Positions 51,900 to 62,746 of a DNA stretch of 64,000 nt are shown one piece after another (positions within the stretch are counted from its first letter, which is position 1; the number at the start of each line of letters is the position of its first letter). The notes beneath the pieces are model-generated. The model searched no databases. It saw only the letters and a program-made list of their open reading frames with translations, and was not told where the DNA came from. The stretch lies in the NCBI GenBank assembly GCA_026770705.1, contig JANJGN010000034.1:6448001-6512000 (forward strand), written 5' to 3'. Both the position numbers and the translations under genes were made by a program. The stretch is from Isurus oxyrinchus (lineage: Eukaryota).

Positions 51900-54800
51900 C
51901 AATTATGCCGAAAGACAGGGGCAGAAAATAAATATTTTAACAGACGGATTAAGAAACAGAGATAAAGAATAAAAAAAATACATTCTTCAACACAATAACT
52001 GATAGGCACATCCGTTTACAAAGTACAACATGAAATATAGTTGGTTCTTAATGTAGTAAGCATTGATGGAGAGATAGAAAGACAGATGAAATGTTCGCAC
52101 AGATACTGATTCAAAAAAATGTACATGACAAAACGCATGTCTTGTACATATAGTGACTCATGGAAAGTTACCTTGACCAAGCCAGTATTCCTGTCCATTT
52201 CAATTAGACTTATGATAACTGTGTTCATACAATTTATGAGCAGCTGCTGGTCCTACGTTTAGGGATTCAAATAGTGCAATTAATGAGTGTGTGCCATGGT
52301 TTAATTGGGAACGATTACATCTTTTAATCTCAGTTGGATATCCAAATTCCTCGGCTATTAGTACGAGTGTTGCTTCCAGAGTTTCTGCTAATTCCTTGAG
52401 GCTGGAAAATCTGATAGAGAGCGCATATATACATATTAAGTGGTAGAGAACGGGAATATTGACCATTGCATAGTCTAATATTGGTACAGAGAGAGACAGC
52501 AGATCAGTAAGGTCACGTAGTTGAGAGTCTAACATCTGAGTACCAGTGGTTGACAGAAGCAGACAGAACACACATAAGTTGACAGAGATCAAAGGACGCA
52601 GAGAAAGATACATAGTCCATAGTATTGTGATGAATGTGTCCATAGTTCAATGGAGATAAGTAGATTAAATTTCAGAGTTTAAAACGGGACAGATAGAGAC
52701 AGTTAGAGTTCTGCACAATCCACAAAAGATAAACAAAGAGACATCTTGTAGAATAGCAGCTACATACCATATAAAGGAAAGAGGATGTAGCATGGCCATT
52801 GATACGTGGGGTGACAACCGAGCGGAAGCTTGAGCAAATATTATGTGAAATAGTTTGACTCTGATCAGTCGATATAAATTTAATGGAGAAGTGTTAAGAG
52901 AGAGCGAAGAGTGACTAAGAATGACAGCCAGTTCTGGCTCAACGTTCACAAGCCAATACATATTTTCAATGAGTCATATATGTCGATGGGTCAAGAAATG
53001 ATAGCTGGACAGAAATAACCGAAGACATGTGAGTTTTGGTTTTGGAATATGTAAAGAATATTTAATGGTTTCTGTTATGCCCCATAGATTTGAAAAATTG
53101 CAGAGACGGTAAGGAAGGAAGAAAAAATGCCTGTCGTTTGTGGGAAATGGGGAGAAGTTGTCCGTTGGTGGCATGGTCGTTAATTTCATAACTTTCAGAA
53201 AGAACTGTGGCCAGCTACACTTCATATGTGCTGCTATAAGCCATTAACGTTATAGTTTTCTGTAACATTTATTTGGAATGTTTGGTTAACAATCAGCAAG
53301 CTGTGTTACATGCCCGTTTGTATCGGGATTTTGTCATAACTTTGCTTCTGTTTATATTGTGCCCAAAATAACTTAAAGCCTGCAACGAAGGTAAGGGAGG
53401 TTGGAAAGGCTTCGTTATATTTGAGACCTGACGCGACTCGAGCACTCCATTGAACCTCGGTCGCTGATATAAACCCGAAATGCCTACGCATGTGTAAGTA
53501 GTTGTGAGATCTTACAGTGCAGATCAGCAATTCGGTAGGACATGAGGGCTGACCGAAGAAATAAAGTTTGATTGTGTTTTTGGAAGGAAAAAATATCATG
53601 AGCTGTGTTGGATAAAAATATTTCTGTGCTTTTTTAAAATTATGTTCTGAATTTCATTTATCCCTGGCTGATTGATGTCCTCCCAAGTTACTGCTCACGA
53701 ACAAAAAAGCTTGAAATTCCCAAGGAGACCAGTGAAGAGCATTAAAGATTGGGAAAGGTTGGACTTTTTCGACTAAATTAAACAAAGGTCTTTGTGATTT
53801 AATTCGGTATATTGAGATTTCGCAAGCTGGAAACGCTCTTTGCTGCAAGGCAACACAAAATCCGCTGATGACTTTTTACATGAGTCGACTTGGGACTTCA
53901 ACTATTGAGCAGCCTGGATTCCAGCTTTATCATACTGCAGATGCTTAGTCAGTCTGTAAGCTAGTTGATGGTCCATAGTTCTAATGCTTGAATAGTTATA
54001 ATAGTCAAGGTATTTGGAGGCGTCAAGTCAAGGCAACATGAATGAATGGGGAACGAACGCATCTCATTTCATTGCCCAACATATGTAGCAAAATGGAGGA
54101 TCAGGCCAGTGGCAGAGAAATAGGAGAATTCTCCTTGAATTGTGTTTTTATTATCTTCCTCTGTGTTTTTCAACATTTAATGTGTTGATAATGATGGCAT
54201 CGAAAGAGCTTTTCCGAGTATTTGAATAATTCTTAAGACAACGTCAACCAAAGCCTACAAGCACCTATACAACTCTTCAGTCAGTGGAATGAGTGTGATT
54301 ATATACGGCCTCGAAACATAGAAGAACAATACCTCAACGTGTTTACATCGCATTCTCCGTAGAATTATGAAGATTTGAAATCAGCTGGTGGCGATCTTTA
54401 GCTTGAAATGAAGGAAACATTTTATTCTATTCATAGACCAAACAGAGACAAAAACGGCATTTTTAGACCATTGTGAAAGGAAGACTTATTAACGAAGTAC
54501 ATGTTGACCCAGTTGCGGTTACAAGCTAAAAACCGTCTTTTTTACGCAGCACTGCTAAGTTATAAAAGTTCTGAAAAGGCTTCCATATAGGATTGTCAAA
54601 TAGAACGCTCCCAATATAGTAAAATCCCGCATAAAAATCTGCAGATTGAGGCATTACACAGGATTATGACAAGTTTCAACTAAATTTTGTTTTTTAACGT
54701 TCATTATAAGGGACAAAGAGAGACCAGTAGCCGCAGAGGTTTAGAAAGCTCATTGCCGAGCTCGGACGCTGAGTGCACGGATGCCATTGGTGACGTGATT

Positions 54801-56560
54801 AATACTGGGGTTGCTCTATTCTCAGAATTGGATAAATATTAAAATCTTGCAGGGTTCTAACGTGGAAAATACTGTGAATGTAGATATGATACGAGGCCAT
54901 GTAATTACGCTTACTGGAAATTCAAAGTTGAAGCACCCCCTCAGAGGTCGCACCTTTACTAAATGAGCTAAAGGGATGTTTGGTGAAATTATCTAGCTCA
55001 TGGGCAATCTAAATTTTTTGGACACGTTCAACGAAAGCCTTGGAATTGGAAAGCATAGAGGGGTGAATACCATGGATGAATTGTTCAGCAGCAGATAATT
55101 TGAGGCATGATCAGAACTGGGCAAGGCTGCAAGGCAGGCAACATACGGTCTTCTGTGAAAGTAATTTGTTGTAAGATCATACCGGAGCTATATAATGTAT
55201 CCAGTTTCTCAATAACTTGGTCCAACTTTAATTATTTTCCATACTGAGATATGAAGAGAATGCCTGCTCAGTATCATTTAGCAATTTAGTTTATCATTTA
55301 CTTGAGTATTACGAACAGACGGTGGTAAACCAGGTCTGCTGCAGAATTACTTTGTGCCAACTGAGCCGCATGATAATTGCAAGTATTACAGCACTCATGT
55401 GGTGCTGCGGATTGGAAACCTGCATATGGCATCTTACAGTCTGTTTTTGAATGACGCTGCTCAGGTGCAGTGCGAAAATTAGAATGAAAAGCGGGCCTCA
55501 GCTATATAATTTGAGGTACCAGAGGTAAGGCTGCCTGAACTAAATAAAATAAGATTTAATCTGAGTGAGGTGGACATGGCAGCACTGAAATTAATTCATG
55601 GGAAGCGATCACCTTTCTGAAATTCGTCAGTAAAATTAATTATTTTGGCCTTCCGAGGTTTAGCTACACCAGTAATACAAATTGCAAAAGTTCTAATTTT
55701 GAACAATACGCGCTATGGATGCCAGAGCTGGCACCTGTTACTCCTGACGAGAAGATTCATGCATGTGGTGGAACTTACCTATTGCGATGGGTTTATGGAA
55801 ATGGCTAGACAGAGCAGGGAAGTTATTACGTTGTCTGAAGTAAAATCGTAGAACCTAAATCTGATTGACTTCAAGCTGAAGTGAAGCAGCAGACACTTAG
55901 CAAGTGCAACAATTGGAACAACCTAAATGGGAAACTACATTGGAAAACAATGTTTGAGTGAGAAGCATCAGAAAATGGATGAAAAGTTTGGCAGCGGTAT
56001 GCAGAATTGCAGCGATACTTGAATAATACCTACCCTGCCTCTACTTCAGTAAATAACGATGAATGTATTGCTTTGAAATTGATAAGTAGAAGGGAACGAA
56101 GCACATGTGTTATTATCATGTACAGCAGTGCTTCAGACTCAATGGTGGGGAATTGGTAAAAAAAAAACTACTGAAAATTGGACTGGAAGCTAATGAGAAA
56201 GAATTATGACATTTTCTAGGTTTTCCCTTTATACGGTGTGTGGCATAAGTGGTGTAAAGTTATAGAAGATATTCAAAATGAATGCAAAGAAAAATAGGTG
56301 GATATTAAAGAGGGAATGCATAATTGAAGATGTTGGTGAATAATTAGAATTTAGCTTTGGGATGATATTTAGAGAGGGCTGGAATGCCAATGATTTTCTT
56401 TTGTGACGTTAATATGTTTATCTGGTGCATTACCAAAGACATGAACATTTGGAAAATGAGCGATCATATTGAGTATGGACATTCAGCAGCGCTGTAGCAG
56501 GTTCTGCATCTCATAAATGAATACTGACTAACATATAACATTTCAGGCTACACAATATTA
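51900..56560 (+). repeat. Segmental duplication copy 3 (partial)
   Basis: 52600-54855 is collinear with 31700-33970 (ttcagagtttaaaa, tgatcag, ggacagaaataa, aattatgttctgaatt, cagaccattgtgaa/tagaccattgtgaa). 56320-56560 matches 45190-45470 (ttgtga.gttaatatgtttat). Confidence 0.85.
54530..55700 (-). mobile_element. Decayed L2 LINE (3' end to RT core)
   Basis: 55400-55530 (ttttgaatgacgctgctcaggtgcagtgcgaaaattagaatgaaaagcgggcctcagctatataatttgaggtaccagagg) is antisense to an SGVPQ...GPLFILIFALHLSSVIQK-like L2 RT motif. Confidence 0.55.
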
Positions 56561-57830
56561 TTATCACATTCCTCTCTCATGGAGAAACTTCTCCAGTAAT
56601 TTCTCTACCACTGACATAAGGCTCACCAGCCTATAATTTCCTGGAATATCCCTGCTACACTTCTTAAACAGTGGAACAACATTGGCCATGCTCCTGTCCG
56701 CTGGGACCTCACCCATAGCCAATGAGGATTCAAAGATTCCTGTCAAGGCCCCAGAAATCTCCTCCCTTGCCCTTCTCAGTACTCTGGGTTAGTTCTCATT
56801 TGGCCCTGGAACGTATCCACTTTAATATTCTTCAAGAAGCCTAACACATCCTCTATTATGATCTCAGCCTGATCCAGGATATCTACACATTCATGTCCAG
56901 ACAAATCGACCGCAAAGTCCTTCACTTTGGTGAATACTGATGATTACTGTTCATTTAGTATCTCTCCAATTTATTCTGGCTCCACACACTGATTCTCATC
57001 TCTGTCCCTGAGTTGGCCTACCCTTTCTCTGGCTACCCTCTTGCTTTTTACATTGTCTAAAAGGCCTTGGGATTTTCCATAATACTGGTTGCCAGTGACT
57101 TGTCATGATCCTTTTAGCCCTCCTGACTCCTTGCTTAAGTTTCTTCCTATTGTCTTAATATTCTCCACGTTATACATCTGTTCGCAGCCTTCTAGCCCTG
57201 ACGAATGCTTCCCTTTTCATTTTGAATAATCAAAGATACCCTTCGTTATCCAAGGTTCCTTAAACTTGCCAATCCTATCCTTTATCCTAGCAGGAACATG
57301 CCGGCCCGAAATTCTTATCAACTGATGTTTAAAGTCCCCGACATGTCAGTTATTGACTGCCATCCAATATCCGCCTCCAGTCTAGATTCCTCAGTTTCTG
57401 CCTAATATTATTATTATTAGCCCTTTCTCCAATTAAGTAAATTGCGAATCAATGCAGCTGACAGAAACAGAATGACAACATTAATGTCGCGTGTTGATTA
57501 TATTTACTGTATTTACAAAATTGGAGCCTTATCCAACAGGCTCCCGTTATCCTTATCCACCAGTACCATGAAACTTATGGAATTATGGTCCATGTTTCCG
57601 AAAATGCTCCGCTACTGAAACTTCGACCACCTGGCCGGGTTAATTCCCCAATACCAGGCCCAGTATTGCCCCTTCCGTAGTTGGACTATTTACTTATCGT
57701 CTCCGGAAGCCCTCCTGGATGCAGCTTACAAATTCTGCACCATCATAACCCCTAGCACTAAGTGATTCCCAGTCAATATAGGGAAAGTTAAAATCAACCA
57801 ACACAACAACCCTATTGCTTTGATACCTAG
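56560..57830 (-). mobile_element. Relatively young CR1 ORF2 fragment (endonuclease end to RT start)
   Basis: Minus ORF 56564-56746 IFESSLAMGEVPADRSMANVVPLFKKCSRDIPGNYRLVSLMSVVEKLLE. Antisense GDFNF.YIDW at about 57765-57800. Confidence 0.9.
57443..57512 (+). repeat. Perfect 70-bp direct repeat, copy A (copy B at 58043-58112)
   Basis: tgcgaatcaatgcagctgacagaaacagaatgacaacattaatgtcgcgtgttgattatatttactgtat is identical at both sites, 600 bp apart. Confidence 0.97.
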
Positions 57831-58394
57831 GCATTTCTCTGAATTTCTAAATCTCCCATCACCCAAACACAAGTCTAAAGGTTGCCCTTTGTTTTCCACA
57901 CACTTTTTATTAAACTGCCGGAACGAAAACGTATTGCCACAGTGATTAGACTTCTTTCTTATACTGGGCAAGGCTATGGGAATGTAATGTAATCATCATA
58001 AATGTTATTGTAGATTCTTCGGCAAGTAAAGCAAACGGCGACTGCGAATCAATGCAGCTGACAGAAACAGAATGACAACATTAATGTCGCGTGTTGATTA
58101 TATTTACTGTATCTTTAATGCAGAATCAAACGTTGACTCAGGTAGTGAGAGAAAGAGTCAACGAGAGAAAGGGGGAAGACACAGAGGAGAGAATAACGTC
58201 GATATATGGTGGCAGACACATGCCCAAAAATGCAACAGCCTATACAGATACTTTGCCAATGAACAGAAATTCAAAGTGAAAATAAGATGCAATTGACCTT
58301 CGACTGAAGCAGATGCTCATGTACGTCGAGATAGAGAGTGGAACTGGAACATTGGTAGTCAGTGATTCACACACAAATGACACTCAACCATATC

Positions 58395-59095
58395 CATCCA
58401 GTCTCACGAGCATCCAGTGTCACATGTTCCCCTGCCTCCCAAAACCATGATAGTTTCACCGATGTCCTCACTTATCATCCCACCAGTTTCCACCATTAAA
58501 AGATCATCCTCAGATATTTGTGCCAACTCCATCATGATGCCACCAAGCCGCATATCTTCCCTTCACACCACCCCGCCGCTCAAGGCGGCATCCTGCAAGG
58601 ATCGTTGCCTCCTGGACACACTAGTCCACTCCTCGATCACCCAATACACTCTAACCAGATCCAACAGTACGATCCCGTGGAACGGCAGAACGTGCACTAC
58701 CTGCCCCTTTATTTCCAGCCTCCTCAATGTCCAAGACCTCAAATATTACTTTCAATAGAAGCATCAATTTACTTTCAATTCCCTCAGTGTACTCTATGGC
58801 ATTTCTTGCTCCCAATGATGTCTCCTCTACATTGGAGAGACCAAAAGTCGACTGGGTGACTGCTTTGGGGAACACCTTTGGCCTGTTCACAGCATGACAT
58901 AGAACTCATTCTCGCTTGCCATTGCAACACATCACGTTGATTTCCTGCCCAGATTTCTGTCCTTGACCTGTTGCACTATTCCAGTGAAGCTCAAAGCAAA
59001 CTGGAGAAACGGCAACTGATCTTCTGACGAGGAATTTTGCAGCCTTCCAGAATTGGCATTGAGTTCCAAAACTTCATATCATGAACTCTCTCCAC
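58395..59095 (+). mobile_element. Penelope-like retroelement, GIY-YIG endonuclease region (pseudogenised)
   Basis: The + frame reads KDRCLLDTLVHS...GRTCTTCPFI...FQ*KHQFTFNSLSVLYGISCSQ*CLLYIGETKSRLGDCFGEHL, giving a Cys linker plus the V.Y...YIGET.R.L..R..EH signature. Confidence 0.9.
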
Positions 59096-59169
59096 CAAAG
59101 CCAAAGTGATACCGATCCCCTTTTTTTCAATATTCACATACCACAATAGGTTGGCTTTCCTTCTTTCCA

Positions 59170-59960
59170 GGAAAGCATTTGTGAACAAAGCGAATTAGCT
59201 TCTTGCTTTCAGAGTACTCTTTTCACAACGCTGGGCATGTTCTCTATTCTTTTCAACTCGTGAGCTCCGCAATATTCACATACTGTACACAGGCCTTGAT
59301 CTTTCTTCATTTGACAATATATTTGTTCTTCTCCTTAGCCATTTTCCTGCGCTTGGAAGGCTTAGAGTACTCGTCAACATGATGGACAATCTCGCCAGTA
59401 TTCCATCCATATTCTTCAGCTGATTATTTGCTTCCTCAGCAATTCTGTGCGTATAAGTAACTTTCTTAAGTGTAAAGTTAACGTCTGTTGGCAGGCCTTC
59501 GCTCAACAATGGATCTCTTTTTCCTCAAACAATCTCATCACTCATCAGAAAGCCCTTCAGTTTAACAAGCTCACAAGTTTCAGTTAGTTGTTTCGCTGAA
59601 GTAATTTACAAAACAAACATTCAACACTTCTTCTTGTATTGTTGTTGAACGTAAAACGTGCATCTATTAAAGTAGGGGACTGTTCAAAGAGCGTTTTCAA
59701 TGCCCCAAAAATTCACAAGGCTAGCAATTCTGATTTACATTTAGATACAGGGTTTATTACAATTTGTAAAACTTTTCTGGCCAGTGTTGTTAGCAGGGTT
59801 CCAAATGGGTATGTATTTGTCGCAGGTTGCTTATATAATGAAGCAAAAATTTCAAGGTTGTGCCATTTTAACTGGAAGTCTGTTCAATTCAATCCCGCGT
59901 CTCCCTTGATGTCTCTATTGCTGGTAATCGATCACTCAAAGCCGTACCTATCCATTTAAC
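59170..59960 (-). mobile_element. Ty3/Gypsy LTR-retrotransposon gag remnant
   Basis: Minus frames with frameshifts read GTLLTTLARKVLQI...LFEQSPTLIDARFTFNN, then KQLTETCELVKLKGFLMSDEIV*GKRDPLLSEGLPTDVNFTLKKV..THRIAEEANNQLKNM, then CEYCGAH...TCPAL*KEYSESKKLIRFVHKC (decayed zinc knuckles). Confidence 0.7.
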
Positions 59961-60364
59961 ATATACAATCACGTAAAATGTTGCAGACAGACGTGTCAAT
60001 CATGGTTTGTTGTTTTCTATGGCAGCTTGATCTCTTACCGAACTGAAAATAGGCTGAATTTCTGCTCGATACTCCTCAAACTGTGTTTCAACTTCTGGAA
60101 GAAATGGCTTGTGAGTCCAAGGCTGCATACACCAAGGACAATAAAGGACAGACTACTATGGCAAGCCAACAGCAAACCACATTACACAACAAAACTTCGC
60201 CAATCGTTCAATACGTAAGTTAATATTCATGTAATACTTTTTGAATGTTGTTGATGGGGTGCATGGAACGCCACTGTTCAGGAGACAAATAGGAGGAACC
60301 AAGATCAGATTAATGAATGGTGTAACTTAGGGTCCGGGTGCTGCAAGTAACTGCATTTCTGCTG

Positions 60365-60770
60365 AATATTTGTCAAGGACCAGATACGTGAACAATGTAA
60401 CTTTGGGTTGTCCAAAACAACAGTATCATAATGGGAAGTCCTTGGATGAGGATGATGCTGTCAGAATTGGTCAAAACTTCAGCTAGGAAGGAAGAGAACT
60501 TTAGCTTTGTCCTTTGGCAAAACATTTGGATCATCAGCACCTGCAAGTTCCTGCCCAAGTCACAACTCATCCTGAATTTGAACTGTGTGCCTTTCTTCAC
60601 TACTGCTACATTAGCATTTCGGGACTCCAATTCCTAAATTACTGTGGGTGCTCCTAAAGCACAGGGGTGGAAGTTGTTCAAGAAAGCAGCCCATCCCGAC
60701 TTTCTCAAGGGCAATTCGAAAATGGCCATTAAATGCTGAACTAGCAGTCGTGTTTAAGTAATTTAGGGGT
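60365..60770 (+). mobile_element. 3' end of the second LINE family
   Basis: catcagcacctgcaagttcctgcccaagtcacaactcatcctga...ttgttcaagaaagcagcccatcccgactttctcaagggcaattcgaaaatggccattaaatgctg; reverse complement counterpart of 51590-51860. Confidence 0.75.
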
Positions 60771-61369
60771 AATGGGTATCCAACATAAATGTTTAGATCT
60801 ACATGTGCAATCAATTAATTCATTTTGTTGAGTGTTGAGTGTACCCAGTAAAAGAGACTTCAACTATGACTATTGATCACATATGCATCTCAAGAGATTA
60901 GCTGCGGGTGTACGCAAAAGTTTTCACTCTCTGTCCTTTCCTGCCACATATTGGTTACCATTATCCATCCTCCGTTCTCCTCTATTACCTCCTTGCTTCC
61001 TGTTGATTTACTACATTTCCTTTCCCATGCTCTATTCTCCACACTATTTGGTTTTAAGCCCTGTGTAAAGCTATTGTTTCAAGATTAGCGAAGACACTGG
61101 ACCAAGCAAAATTCACGTGAAAATATATCCAACAGTACAGCTCTGACTTTTTCCAGCACTGGTACCAGTGCCCAGTGAACTAAAAACAATTCATCTCACA
61201 CCAGTCTTTCGGCAAGATTTTAACAACTCTAATCTTATTGAGGCTATCTCAATTTGATCGTTTCACAGGCAATTTTCCATATATTATTCCATTTGAGATC
61301 CTCTTTTTTCTGTTTTTATTTCGCTCCTAGCTGCCCATAATCAATATGCAGAAACCTTAACCAACTCCT

Positions 61370-62350
61370 TTATATGACATTGGCATCCAGATGGACCACG
61401 GAACAGAATACACCCCCTGCCACTGGAGCATCCTGTCCAGCCTCGAGCATAAATTCAGGCACCAGTTAGGCAGGAAAGGGTTTAGGACTGCAGACTACTG
61501 ATTCCAGCTACCTGACCGTACTGTCCACCACCACCGCTACAATTACTCTTAACAGTTCCCAGTTGAATGCCCTTTTGAACCATGTTGCCTTGGCCACTTT
61601 TCTCATCCACCTGCAGCTCTCACTTTGAAACAAGGAGGTTTGAAGAGTCTCCAAACTTTAGTATAATTGCAAACGCTGAAGTTGACGGAATCATTTCCTC
61701 TGGGCTCACATACCAGCCTTCTTTCGAGCCCTGACTGCTGAGTAAATCAGAATATCCTACCCTAATAGATGTGGCTGTCCCAGGTAAATTGGCCCCCTTC
61801 TGATGCATTACATTGCTGGCAGCTCGGCCTCCAGACAATGTCTGTGAGCATAACTTCTTCAAGCCACAGACGCTTACGGAGGATGTGATCAGCCTTGAGC
61901 TCGCGCTGACAGGCGCTGCCATTTCCTAGGGTCGTAACACATCACCTGCCCTGCCATCATAGATATTTGTCACTTAATCTATTATTTTTCATTCTGGTTT
62001 ATTGGTAATAGAATCCACTTCTCTAAGCCCGCTTTGTCACTGCCATTACAATTTGTTGATATTAACAAAAGCTTAGAAGTAAAAATAAATTTCAACAAAT
62101 GTTAAAGAAGTAAGAACAAGCAGAATGCTAACCTATCAATTATTTAGATATTTCCCATTGACTTCAGACTTTGATTATGTTCAGAACGTAGTCGACCAGC
62201 AAACTGGTGTCGCCGCTCCCTCTCCTGTTGCTTGTGTTGAAGCTCTTGCAGCCCTCCGAATTTTTGTGCCGTTTTTCAACCCTGGCTAAAGCCTCCTCAC
62301 CAATTACACTTTTCCATTTCTGCCACTTTCTCCCCTCACCCTCCAGATTT
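61370..62350 (-). mobile_element. CR1 5' UTR plus decayed ORF1 (coiled coil to esterase)
   Basis: The minus strand has the start atggcagggcaggtgatgtgtt (about 61957), then ctggaggccgagctg, gtggtggacagtacggtcagg (GDS.VR-like) and gtggtccatctggatgccaatgtc (VVHVGTND-like). Confidence 0.75.
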
Positions 62351-62706
62351 GAACTCTCATCATTTTAACCTCCAGTGCCGCTCTTCAATTGATCATGTTC
62401 TTTTCTTTCGAATTGTTCATAAACCATTAATATGCAAGCCAGTCATCTGCTTTGAAAAAAAACAATATGTGTTGCCTCACTGTGAAACTACTGCTGTCAA
62501 CAAACATATCTCAGCCCCCAGCCAAGCCACGCACAATTGTACAATTTTCTTTTATACGTCTCAGACCTATTTCCCCATATCTCCACGAAAATGTACGTTT
62601 CACACCCTTAAGGAAGGAGCCAGAGAGATGTCATGGCTACCCAATTGTCGAAAGGAAAATTAGCATTCTGCACACAAATAGGGGCAGGTTTTTCATTCTG
62701 TGCATG

Positions 62707-62708
<2 letters not shown>

Positions 62709-62745
<37 letters not shown>
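62709..62745. repeat. (TG)n microsatellite
   Basis: gcgtgtgtgtgtgtgtgtgtgtgtgtgtgtgtgtgtg. Confidence 0.95.

Positions 62746-62746
<1 letters not shown>

Noticed and set aside
53306-53599. KNTIKLYFFGQPSC resembling the approach to an SF3 helicase Walker A motif
   Set aside because: There is no GKT/S, and the paralog near 32650-32735 has stops and different residues.
59639-59959. + strand ORF containing PKIHK (Penelope RT motif)
   Set aside because: The surrounding RT residues are absent, and the opposite strand gives a much longer coherent Gypsy gag match.
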